Notes under the pieces: model-generated
Told to the model about the DNA's origin: nothing
What the model saw: the letters and a program-made list of their open reading frames with translations, nothing else
Database searches by the model: none
Shown here: one piece after another, positions 46,819-54,250 of the stretch
Position numbering within the stretch: position 1 is the stretch's first letter
How the letters are laid out: each line of letters starts with the position of its first letter
DNA from: a virus
Taxonomy: Duplodnaviria > Caudoviricetes
DNA: 54,250 bases
IMG/VR virus record: IMGVR_UViG_3300027589_000005
Location: 1 to 54,250 of that record
Direction: 5' to 3' (one strand)
Translations under genes and position numbers: made by a program

Positions 46819-47028
46819 GTGCCTTTGCAGATTGACAGTCGCCGATGGGAGATCGAACTCCGCAAGTGGCATCCCCACGAAGCGGAGAAGGCCCCAGCGC
46901 TCTTAAAGACGGCCGCTCGTCTTCTTGCGGTCGCCACTACCAACCCGCGGCCAAAAACCGCCATAAGACCTTCCAGACTGTCAGAACGCATCAAACGAGC
47001 GCTCGCAGTGCTGGCCGGTAAGGAGTAG
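46819..47028 (+). CDS. Small hypothetical protein
   Basis: ORF between a promoter motif and the next RBS; start uncertain. Confidence 0.4.
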   Translation: MPLQIDSRRWEIELRKWHPHEAEKAPALLKTAARLLAVATTNPRPKTAIRPSRLSERIKRALAVLAGKE

Positions 47029-47030
47029 CC

Positions 47031-47330
47031 ATGATTGTGGCAAAGGGGATCCTTCGCATCCAGCACGACAATGGCTCTGGGTGCATGTTCACAAGAGTAA
47101 GCGGGGCAAAGCTACCACCAGGCGACTACCTGATCCGGCTGCTCTTACCAGAAGAAAAGGGCAACTGGTTCGGGGTGCTCGGTGACCTTCACAGCATCAA
47201 AGAATGCGTGGTAGGCACGCCCAACGACCTCCTCTGCAGCGACTGGCAGCCGACAGAGAAGAGCGAGCTCAAGCTGCTCACGAGATGGGGTGATTGGTTC
47301 GTACACCCTGTAAGCCTCAAAAAGGAGTGA
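47031..47330 (+). CDS. Hypothetical protein
   Basis: AAGGAG RBS. Confidence 0.7.
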   Translation: MIVAKGILRIQHDNGSGCMFTRVSGAKLPPGDYLIRLLLPEEKGNWFGVLGDLHSIKECVVGTPNDLLCSDWQPTEKSELKLLTRWGDWFVHPVSLKKE

Positions 47331-47332
47331 AA

Positions 47333-47596
47333 ATGCCTCGTCCACGCAATGAACAAGGTGGCTTCTTCCGCAAGAAAAACGCCATTAGCCCCGGCAAAGT
47401 CGCCGGCCATCAGTTCGGCTGGTTCGTCCGCCAGCTACGAAGAGACTGGCTGGGCTTCCAGAAGAGCAAAAAGTGGAAGAGCTTCTGCCTCTTCTCCGAG
47501 ACCAACGACATCAACTACGCTCTCGTAGAAGCCATCTACGCGGGTGGGGGTCGGCGCGCAGCCCAAGAGTTGTCCGACACCCTCCATTGGGAATAG
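47333..47596 (+). CDS. Hypothetical basic protein
   Basis: AAGGAG RBS; PRNEQGGF motif; followed by a terminator. Confidence 0.7.
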   Translation: MPRPRNEQGGFFRKKNAISPGKVAGHQFGWFVRQLRRDWLGFQKSKKWKSFCLFSETNDINYALVEAIYAGGGRRAAQELSDTLHWE

Positions 47597-47675
47597 CCAC
47601 GATTAACCACGGTCCCCCGCAAGGGGGACCTTAGTTTCCTGGCCGCTTCGCGGTTCCGTTCACAAAGGAGGTCGA

Positions 47676-47960
47676 ATGTCTGAAAAACGTGCAACCGAAG
47701 TCCGGTATTCCGCCAACGTTGAAGACGGCTATCCGGGTTTCTACCTCGTTGACGTGGTCACAGGTCAGCCAGTGACGGCTGTGGAGAACGTCAACATTGA
47801 CCGTTCGAGAGTCGTACCGGGTGGGCTGCTCACATTCAGCAGCCTCGAACGCGCCAAGGAAATCTCCGCGGTCCGAGGTAGCCAAGGCCTCGACACCCAA
47901 ACCAAGAAGCCTGATCCTCGTATCCACCCTCCGGGGTGTTACTGCCACTACTGTCTGTAG
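47676..47960 (+). CDS. Hypothetical protein with C-terminal HxxxCxCxxC
   Basis: AAGGAGG RBS. Confidence 0.75.
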   Translation: MSEKRATEVRYSANVEDGYPGFYLVDVVTGQPVTAVENVNIDRSRVVPGGLLTFSSLERAKEISAVRGSQGLDTQTKKPDPRIHPPGCYCHYCL

Positions 47961-47969
47961 GAGCCAAGA

Positions 47970-48149
47970 ATGGTGCTTCTCCTTCTTACCGGCCTCTTCT
48001 GTTGGGCCGCGTTCTTCTGGTGCAGCTTGGTCGGCTGCATCAAAAACCCCAACCTTCCCAACCTCATAGCTCTAATCGTGAGCACCATGTTCATGGTGCT
48101 CATCATGGCCGACTACTCCCCCAACGACATCTGCGAGGTGCTCAAATGA
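47970..48149 (+). CDS. 59-aa two-TM membrane protein (not in ORF track)
   Basis: AGGAG RBS; MVLLLLTGLFCWAAFFW...; ATGA overlap with the next gene. Confidence 0.65.
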   Translation: MVLLLLTGLFCWAAFFWCSLVGCIKNPNLPNLIALIVSTMFMVLIMADYSPNDICEVLK

Positions 48150-48535
48150 GACTTACCGACCTGATGCCCATTGGAAGCAACAAGGCCGGCTGCATCTGCT
48201 TCCAGGCCAAGCACCTTGAGAAAGACGGCACGGTCCGCACCGTCTGGTGGACGGATGAATATCCCGGCTACGGCGAGATTCGCCAAGTCTATATTCATTG
48301 GATCACGGAAGAGGCGTTCAATAACCCCGACCTGCCAGAAGTCTTTACTCGAGCCCTCGCAGAGGTCCTCGAAGAGATCCTGAGCAACCCTGAGACGGCC
48401 AAAAACGTCAAAAGAAACCAGTCGGCCCAGATGATCGAACGCGGTCTCACCGCGTTCGACTTGAAAACCGCCACAACCAAAAAAGACTACGTCAAAGCCC
48501 TCCGCGCCAAAAGCCGCCTGGGGAAGTGGCTGTAG
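48146..48535 (+). CDS. Hypothetical protein
   Basis: GAGGT RBS; start revised to MRLTDL. Confidence 0.7.
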   Translation: MRLTDLMPIGSNKAGCICFQAKHLEKDGTVRTVWWTDEYPGYGEIRQVYIHWITEEAFNNPDLPEVFTRALAEVLEEILSNPETAKNVKRNQSAQMIERGLTAFDLKTATTKKDYVKALRAKSRLGKWL

Positions 48536-48787
48536 ATGCCCATTCAGAACAAGCTCGCAGCGTTGTCAGACGCTGTCGAGCAGGTCAGCAATCTTATTGA
48601 TGAGAACGAGGCCCTTATCAGCGAAGTCCGCGAGCTTCGTGAACGGCTCAAAGACGCAGAAAAGCGCGCCTCTTTATACGAAACAGCCTACGACTCCCTG
48701 TCAGCACGCCTGCATCGAATGCTACTCGTGCCAGGGGTCGTAGAGGCCCTCAGAGCAGCAAATGCAGGCGACAGCAATGTGTCTTGA
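48536..48787 (+). CDS. Coiled-coil protein
   Basis: 83 aa with heptad pattern; abuts the upstream stop codon. Confidence 0.7.
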   Translation: MPIQNKLAALSDAVEQVSNLIDENEALISEVRELRERLKDAEKRASLYETAYDSLSARLHRMLLVPGVVEALRAANAGDSNVS

Positions 48788-48911
48788 CTCTCAGTTCAAG
48801 CAAACGCTGGCATTCCTCATTTCGGAGCCGATGGTCGGCTTCTACATCGTGGTGGCCCTTGGCTACGCGATGCTCCAGTACCTTGAACCTCAAAAGGTGA
48901 CACGCAAATGA
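48777..48911 (+). CDS. 44-aa single-TM peptide
   Basis: Fills the gap; ATGA overlap with the next gene. Confidence 0.45.
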   Translation: MCLDSQFKQTLAFLISEPMVGFYIVVALGYAMLQYLEPQKVTRK

Positions 48912-49462
48912 CCACAACTTCTCTTGGCACCGAGATCTCCACGAAACGCGAGTGGAGCAACTGGCTGTTCATTCCCGGCCTGGACGGCAACCCGTTCAAG
49001 GCCGAGTGCCGAAGAGCCGCACTCCCCGGGCAAATCGCCAAAGCCGACTGCGGCGCTGAGATCGAAGTGGTCGAGGAGAAATGCCTCAACTGGTTCGCCG
49101 ACGACCCCCGACTTGATCGGCCTCATACTCACGGGTTTCCGTTCATCTCGTTCATTCTGGCAGGCGAAATCAGCGAGAAGCGTTGGCGCCGCCAAAAATG
49201 CAACGGTGAGTACATCTACCGAGGGACCTTTACATGGAAGGCCGGGCAAGCCTATTACTGCGCAGAGGACATTGCGCACTCGGTATTTAGTGTCGCGCCT
49301 GGCACCAAGACCCACATGTTCCTCGGCAAGCATGTTGCGGGGCCCAAGGATTGGGGGCACCTGACCCTGTCCAGAAATGGGCTGACCGGCATCTACCAAC
49401 CCAATGAGGTAGATCCCGAGTTCTTGGCTCGGTTCAAGAACCTCAACCTACGACCAACGTGA
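48908..49462 (+). CDS. Cupin/DSBH-fold protein
   Basis: PHTHGFPFISFILAG...GQAYY...IAHSV metal-binding pattern. Confidence 0.7.
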   Translation: MTTTSLGTEISTKREWSNWLFIPGLDGNPFKAECRRAALPGQIAKADCGAEIEVVEEKCLNWFADDPRLDRPHTHGFPFISFILAGEISEKRWRRQKCNGEYIYRGTFTWKAGQAYYCAEDIAHSVFSVAPGTKTHMFLGKHVAGPKDWGHLTLSRNGLTGIYQPNEVDPEFLARFKNLNLRPT

Positions 49463-49516
49463 CCACAAGGGCGACGTCCATTAGGGCGTCGCCCTTTGTT
49501 TCCTTAGGAGGTCTCT

Positions 49517-50056
49517 ATGCCAATCGATTTCGCTCAACGTAACCGCGAGAACAAGTTTCAGAAGTCTATCATGGAGATTCACCCTAACTACCTCTTCGAA
49601 GAAGAAGCCCTGCGGCTGGAAGAAGAGGCAGAGCAAATCTCCATGGCCACGGCCCCCACTTTCCTTGGGAGGTTCGGGATGGCCTGTTACGGAGAGCACT
49701 ATGGAAGGGGACGTAAACTTCCTCCCGCCCACAAAGCCATTGCCGTTAGGATGATGGCCCTGTTCCCTGAGCAACGCTTCAACTGCGCGTTCATTCAGCG
49801 GTACTGGGACCAAGACGAAGTGAAGAGTCACCGCGACCCAATGAACAACACCGGGCGGACGCTCATACTCACCTATGGGCCGTTCGAATACTACTACTTT
49901 CACTGCCTAGGCGTACGAGACGTCAAACCCAACACTCTGCTGGTGCTTCCATGCACCATGGAGTTCGAAGGCAAACTACTCCAAGGGCCGTCCCACTCAT
50001 GCTCTGCGCCTGTCGGGCGGAGATACTCCCTAATCCTCAACACCATCGAACGGTAG
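49517..50056 (+). CDS. 2OG-Fe(II) dioxygenase, AlkB-like
   Basis: FNCAFIQRY, HRD (HxD), distal H, RYSLILN. Confidence 0.8.
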   Translation: MPIDFAQRNRENKFQKSIMEIHPNYLFEEEALRLEEEAEQISMATAPTFLGRFGMACYGEHYGRGRKLPPAHKAIAVRMMALFPEQRFNCAFIQRYWDQDEVKSHRDPMNNTGRTLILTYGPFEYYYFHCLGVRDVKPNTLLVLPCTMEFEGKLLQGPSHSCSAPVGRRYSLILNTIER

Positions 50057-50105
50057 AGATGCGTTGGTAGTGGGTCTCTGGGGCCCTTCGGGCCTTCTGT
50101 TCTTT

Positions 50106-50289
50106 GGGGGTTGTAGTCAATGTCGGCTGCGCCCTCAAACACCACCCAAGTGTGTTACTTGGGCTTCTAAGCTTGCGCTAATAACTCCAGTGCAAGTCAG
50201 AAGGGTTGCCGGTCCTAAACCGGATGGTGGAGGGCGGCGGCTCAAACCGTTGCCCCCAAGCCCGTGTGTCCGTGGCTTTGTTACGGCAC
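50106..50289 (+). ncRNA. Candidate multi-hairpin RNA upstream of tmRNA
   Basis: Starts at the motif +1; about six consecutive hairpins. Confidence 0.55.
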
Positions 50290-50297
50290 AATCTTAT

Positions 50298-50695
50298 GGG
50301 GTCGAACTGGTTTAGACGCTGCAGAGTCAGGCTATGTATTGCGTGGCCCAGAGCATGTCTGGGTTATCAACATGTAACGTGAAAGTGCCAACAACACTGA
50401 TCACTTCGCTGCCGCTGCCTAAACAGTAGCTCAGCAGAACGTCCGGGTCCCACTACTGGATCCGGTGTATGGGGGACCACTTCATAGTGGTAAGGTCACC
50501 CATGCAAGTCACCACCACTCTCGCACTACGGGCATTGTCCTACCGTAGCCGTGAGTACCAAAAGACACGAATGGTTCACGAAAGAACCAATCTGCCCCTA
50601 AGAAAGCAGAACTTCGCTGGCAAGTATAGCCAGACACCCACGTAGAGATGCACATCCGTCTGTGGCGGACCCGGGTTCGACTCCCGGCGACTCCA
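50298..50695 (+). ncRNA. ssrA: tmRNA, tag ANNTDHFAAAA at 50387-50422
   Basis: 5' GGGGTCG pairs with 3' CGACTCC-A including the G3-U alanine identity pair; T-arm CCGGG-TTCGACT-CCCGG; canonical tag reading frame. Confidence 0.95.
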
Positions 50696-50785
50696 CTCTT
50701 TCAAACGATGTTCCCAAGTGCGCATGGCAAACGCACTTTCACCGCAAGTACTTCGGGGCAAGCCAAAGCCCCTACGGAGCATAGA

Positions 50786-51610
50786 ATGACCTCGACCAAG
50801 CCCAGCACCCGTCCCTCGAAGAAGCTGGCCCTGATGGCCAACCTGACCCCGATCCTCCTCACGCTCAGCGCTCGGACGGAGCAGATCAACGGGCCCATCA
50901 AGGCGGGCAAAGCCAGCATCAACGCCGAGATCGCACACAACCGCGCCCAGATCGAGGCGGCCGAAGAGCGCCGCGCCGCGGCCAAGGAGCGCAACGACAA
51001 GGCCTTCGGCACCCTCCGGGCCGAGACCGCCTCCCTCAAGAAGAGCCTGAGCGAGGCCTCCGAGGGCCGGACCGCCGAGCAGATCGTGACGGCAAAGAGC
51101 TTCGCCGCCCAGCTCGAGGCCGTCAACAAGAAGTGGGACGATCTCGTCGCCTCCAGCCGGCAGGAGATGTTCGACATCTCCCGGAACATCCGGCACCACC
51201 ACAGCGCCATCCGGGCGCTGAACGGGCTCATGGAGGGCATCGCCTTCGGTGAGCAGTACGAAGAGGGCCCCTCCAGCGCCGCGGTCGAGATCGTCCGCAA
51301 GGCGGTGTTCGAAGCCAACGGGCGGGTGCTTCGAACCCTGACCAGCGCCTCCCACGGTGGCTGCGGCATGCCGCGGCGTGAGGACGGTACCTTCGGGGGC
51401 CTCGCGGCCTTCGTCAGCAACGGCAGCATCGTCAAGCTCGAGACCGCTGAGCGGGCCGAGCTCATGAACGTCGTCGGGACCCTCAAGGCGATCGGCTGCG
51501 TGTTCAAGGGTGAGGACCGCGCGCCCATCTGGGCCGTCCTGGAGGCTGCGTACAGCAGCGACCGGGCCACGGCGCAGGTCGAAGCCGCCGCCAACACGGT
51601 GGCCTCTTGA
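50786..51610 (+). CDS. Coiled-coil protein
   Basis: GGAG RBS; very high GC3; start revised so that it does not overlap the tmRNA. Confidence 0.8.
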   Translation: MTSTKPSTRPSKKLALMANLTPILLTLSARTEQINGPIKAGKASINAEIAHNRAQIEAAEERRAAAKERNDKAFGTLRAETASLKKSLSEASEGRTAEQIVTAKSFAAQLEAVNKKWDDLVASSRQEMFDISRNIRHHHSAIRALNGLMEGIAFGEQYEEGPSSAAVEIVRKAVFEANGRVLRTLTSASHGGCGMPRREDGTFGGLAAFVSNGSIVKLETAERAELMNVVGTLKAIGCVFKGEDRAPIWAVLEAAYSSDRATAQVEAAANTVAS

Positions 51611-51912
51611 TGAACGCCCAGAGCCTGGAGGGCGACCTTATCGCCCTCAACCCGTTCAGCTTGGCTCTGGGCAAGGTGATCGGAGGCATGGCTCTCATCG
51701 GCCTCGTCCTCTGGTTCTTCGGCGCCGAGCAGGTTGGGACGCTCTTGCTCTACATCCTCTTCCCCATCCTCATGGTGGTGGCGGGTGTCGCCCTCTTTGG
51801 GGGCGGCTCCGCTGAGATGTGGAGCATGTCGGCCCTCAGGGAAGGCTTCAAGCAAGGCGTCAAAGACGCCCGAGCAAGGCCCCAAGAGCCCAGCTACGAG
51901 TACGAGCACTGA
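51610..51912 (+). CDS. Two-TM membrane protein
   Basis: TGATG coupling; hydrophobic helices. Confidence 0.75.
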   Translation: MNAQSLEGDLIALNPFSLALGKVIGGMALIGLVLWFFGAEQVGTLLLYILFPILMVVAGVALFGGGSAEMWSMSALREGFKQGVKDARARPQEPSYEYEH

Positions 51913-52052
51913 CTCCCTGACGCCCCTCCACTCACAGTGGGGGGGCGTTGTTTCTGGGGCCCTTCGGGCCTTGTCTTCAGTGAGGGCATTCAGCTCTCTT
52001 GCAGCCGGTTTCGGCCAACCCAATGCGCCCCTGAGAGGGCAATGGAAAGAAG

Positions 52053-52829
52053 ATGGACGTCCTCAAGATCGCCAACCTCATCAAGAACTTCACCGTGTCC
52101 CTGGACGGCAAGCCCCACAAGCTGGGAGAGTTCGTGAGGGTCCAGGCCCCCAGCACGAACAACAACGGTCGCGGGGCCGCCTCGGCCCCCACCCTCGTGT
52201 TCGACCCCGAGGCGCTGGAGCGCATCCTGAGCCGGCCCGCTGCCGTCTCCATCCGGACCTACCTCGCCGGGTGCGTCAGCGAGGCCTGCATCGCGGCCTT
52301 CGGCCGTCGCACGTCGGAAGACGGCAAGCTGATCTTCTTCAACAGTGCCCTCGGGCGGTACATGGAGAAGGACGGCAAGATGGTCGAAGTCCGGGCCGAC
52401 GACCGAGTGCCCCCGGGCGGGGCGATGTACTACCAGCCGACCTCGAACAACCTGATCGGTTGGGTCAACGGGGCCGGCCGCACCCCCGAGGCCACCAAGG
52501 CCTTCGTCGAGGCCCTGGGGTACTACCAGAAGGAGCAGGCCGCCGCCCCCCAAGCGGCCGCCATCAAACCCGAGGCTCTCGACATCGAGGCCTTCGCCGC
52601 CTGGGCCCTGGAGCAGACCAACGAGCCGGCGGTCATTGATCTGCTCGACTCGCTCGAGAGCGCCAAGCTGACCGCGCGGATCGCCATCAAGCGGGAGATC
52701 AAGAATCCGACCAGCATCAAGAACCAGAGCAAGACCGAGACTCCGGCCGAGCCCGTGGTCGAGAAGAACGAGGTCTCCACTGCGAGCGAGCCCGCTCCGG
52801 TTCCGACCGTCGACGAAATCCCCTTCTAA
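52053..52829 (+). CDS. Protein with acidic tail ending DEIPF, possible SSB-like protein
   Basis: Beta-rich N-terminus, flexible linker, SSB-Ct-like end; high GC3. Confidence 0.6.
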   Translation: MDVLKIANLIKNFTVSLDGKPHKLGEFVRVQAPSTNNNGRGAASAPTLVFDPEALERILSRPAAVSIRTYLAGCVSEACIAAFGRRTSEDGKLIFFNSALGRYMEKDGKMVEVRADDRVPPGGAMYYQPTSNNLIGWVNGAGRTPEATKAFVEALGYYQKEQAAAPQAAAIKPEALDIEAFAAWALEQTNEPAVIDLLDSLESAKLTARIAIKREIKNPTSIKNQSKTETPAEPVVEKNEVSTASEPAPVPTVDEIPF

Positions 52830-52871
52830 GGGGTAGCCCCACCTACTTCACCGTAGGTGGGGCTTAGTTTC

Positions 52872-53192
52872 ATGGTCATACTCAAAGCATTCCTCGTCTT
52901 TCTCGTCTTCCTTTCAATCTTCTCCATAGTAGGAGCCGTCAAAGTCATACACTGGATCGGATACCCCCCTCCAAAGACGCAAGCCCCTAAGAAGATGGCG
53001 CCACTGTCTTTCCAACGGCCAAAACCCAAGCCACAACCAAAGCAAACTGGCATCAGGTACATACGCGTCAAACAAGAAGAGTCTCATTGGCTCAGGTTCT
53101 TCTTGCAATGCTGGGTAACAATACCAGCGTTGATAACAATCTGCCAGGTATTCTTGTACACCATATGGAGAATAGCACATGTACTGTATTGA
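52872..53192 (+). CDS. Membrane protein
   Basis: Two hydrophobic segments; start uncertain. Confidence 0.5.
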   Translation: MVILKAFLVFLVFLSIFSIVGAVKVIHWIGYPPPKTQAPKKMAPLSFQRPKPKPQPKQTGIRYIRVKQEESHWLRFFLQCWVTIPALITICQVFLYTIWRIAHVLY

Positions 53193-53412
53193 AATGACAG
53201 AGGGGGTCTACCAAGGCCCAGATGATCTCTCCCAGGCAGAGTTAGACTCGCTGGGAGACGCCCTATATTACTGCACAGACCGAAATGGTCTGCCCCATGA
53301 AATCCTGAAGGTAAGCGCTACGGCAGACGTAGCCATCTCAAACTTCATGGAAAAATGGGGAGACAACCCACTCATTACGGCTGACCTAATGAGTCAGCTA
53401 TTGGCGGTGTAA
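53179..53412 (+). CDS. Small acidic protein
   Basis: GGAG RBS; followed by a hairpin. Confidence 0.65.
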   Translation: MYCIEMTEGVYQGPDDLSQAELDSLGDALYYCTDRNGLPHEILKVSATADVAISNFMEKWGDNPLITADLMSQLLAV

Positions 53413-53522
53413 GAAAGGGGCCGCAAGGCCCCCAACACCCCACCTATTGCAAACGGGGCGCGAACAAAGCGCCAGGGAGAGAGTTTGACTAGAGGCAAAA
53501 AAGCTGCCAAAAGAGAATCATA

Positions 53523-53987
53523 TTGAGGCGCAGCTATGGCGACGACTACTATCGGTTGCCCTACCGTGAACAGCTAGCGCAAAATGGAAACAACAATCCT
53601 ATGAATTGCCTGCTCCCAGGGGCACTAATCAAACAACATACGCAAATCCCAAAATTCTATAGAGTCGTCCATAATCCAGAACCAAATAAAGTGTGGCTGG
53701 AGCTGCCTGCCAATCCATTCGTATTTCTTGCTCTTACCTCTGAAGAGCTAAGATCTTCGCAATTCTCTGTCATATCAAACAATTACCCACAAGCAGGTTG
53801 GCCTGATTCGTCAGGTGTAAACAATCGTGTGCATTACAAACGCAGATTTGAATGGGATGATGCTCATATTTGGGGCACTTCCGTAATCGTAGAAGGTACA
53901 GAGTGTCTCGTTTCATTTATGAGAGGAACAATAACTCATAAATGGCCATATAAAATGTTCCAAGAGAACTACAAACCCATTGTCTAA
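53523..53987 (+). CDS. Hypothetical protein
   Basis: AT-richer ORF; start uncertain. Confidence 0.55.
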   Translation: MRRSYGDDYYRLPYREQLAQNGNNNPMNCLLPGALIKQHTQIPKFYRVVHNPEPNKVWLELPANPFVFLALTSEELRSSQFSVISNNYPQAGWPDSSGVNNRVHYKRRFEWDDAHIWGTSVIVEGTECLVSFMRGTITHKWPYKMFQENYKPIV

Positions 53988-54250
53988 CAATTCAACAATA
54001 AAGCCGCTCCACAACGCCTTATTGCAATCAAAGACAGACCCATCAGTATTTCGCCGAGTAACTTCATGGCGAGAGGACTATGGAAACTATTATATCGAAG
54101 ATCCAACAGTACTAGATCTCAATGTCTCCGAAGGCATCTATCTTACCGAAATGCTACGCAAATACAAAATCCTATTCAATGGAATCAAAATAGGAGACTA
54201 CGATTCCAAAATCGTAAAAGGTGATGTATGGCAACGGTCATTCTCTTGGG

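Noticed and set aside
24400-47700. Integron-like cassette array with attC sites
   Set aside because: The cassettes carry their own start motifs and terminators, I found no consistent RYYYAAC/GTTRRRY ends, and there is no integrase in the window.
50207-50250. Twister ribozyme or amber-suppressor tRNA (loop TCCTAAA) upstream of the tmRNA
   Set aside because: The twister L4 AAGC and a P1 helix next to a UAA cleavage site are missing. As a tRNA it lacks U33, a D-arm and a proper T-loop. Kept only as an unclassified structured RNA.
50648-50785. N-terminal extension of the 50648-51610 ORF
   Set aside because: It overlaps the tmRNA 3' end; the RBS supports a start at 50786.
1-54250. Stop-codon reassignment
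   Set aside because: Long genes are intact in the standard code, and TAG, TGA and TAA each end genes directly before terminators or coupled starts.

Overview
Part of a large contractile-tailed (myovirus-like) dsDNA phage genome with two divergent arms that meet in an AT-rich gap at about 24.05-24.4 kb. The left arm (1-24.04 kb, minus strand) is a tightly packed virion and packaging operon. In order of transcription it holds a probable small terminase, a DnaQ-like plus SNase double-nuclease protein, large terminase, portal, prohead protease/scaffold, major capsid, neck/Ig-like proteins and a tail sheath cut off by the window edge. The right arm (24.4-54.25 kb, plus strand) is a series of short, separately punctuated cassettes. 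It encodes a 1430-aa single-chain two-barrel RNA polymerase of the YonO/cellular-RdRP type, a tmRNA (tag ANNTDHFAAAA), NADAR-like, SLOG, cupin and 2OG-Fe(II) enzymes, and many small orphan proteins. The most striking signal is non-coding. (i) About 20 copies of a covarying C-TNC-G triloop mini-hairpin (C-GNA-G on the template strand, N4-like) followed by RTTCNNT|G look like a phage-specific promoter. (ii) Two families of covarying structured 5' leaders. (iii) A family of compact 3'-UTR H-type pseudoknots. (iv) A dispersed palindromic element. (v) About ten ORF-free, highly structured units, most running from a putative start motif to a terminator, that look like novel ncRNA genes. All calls come from reading motifs by eye; no database search or folding program was run.
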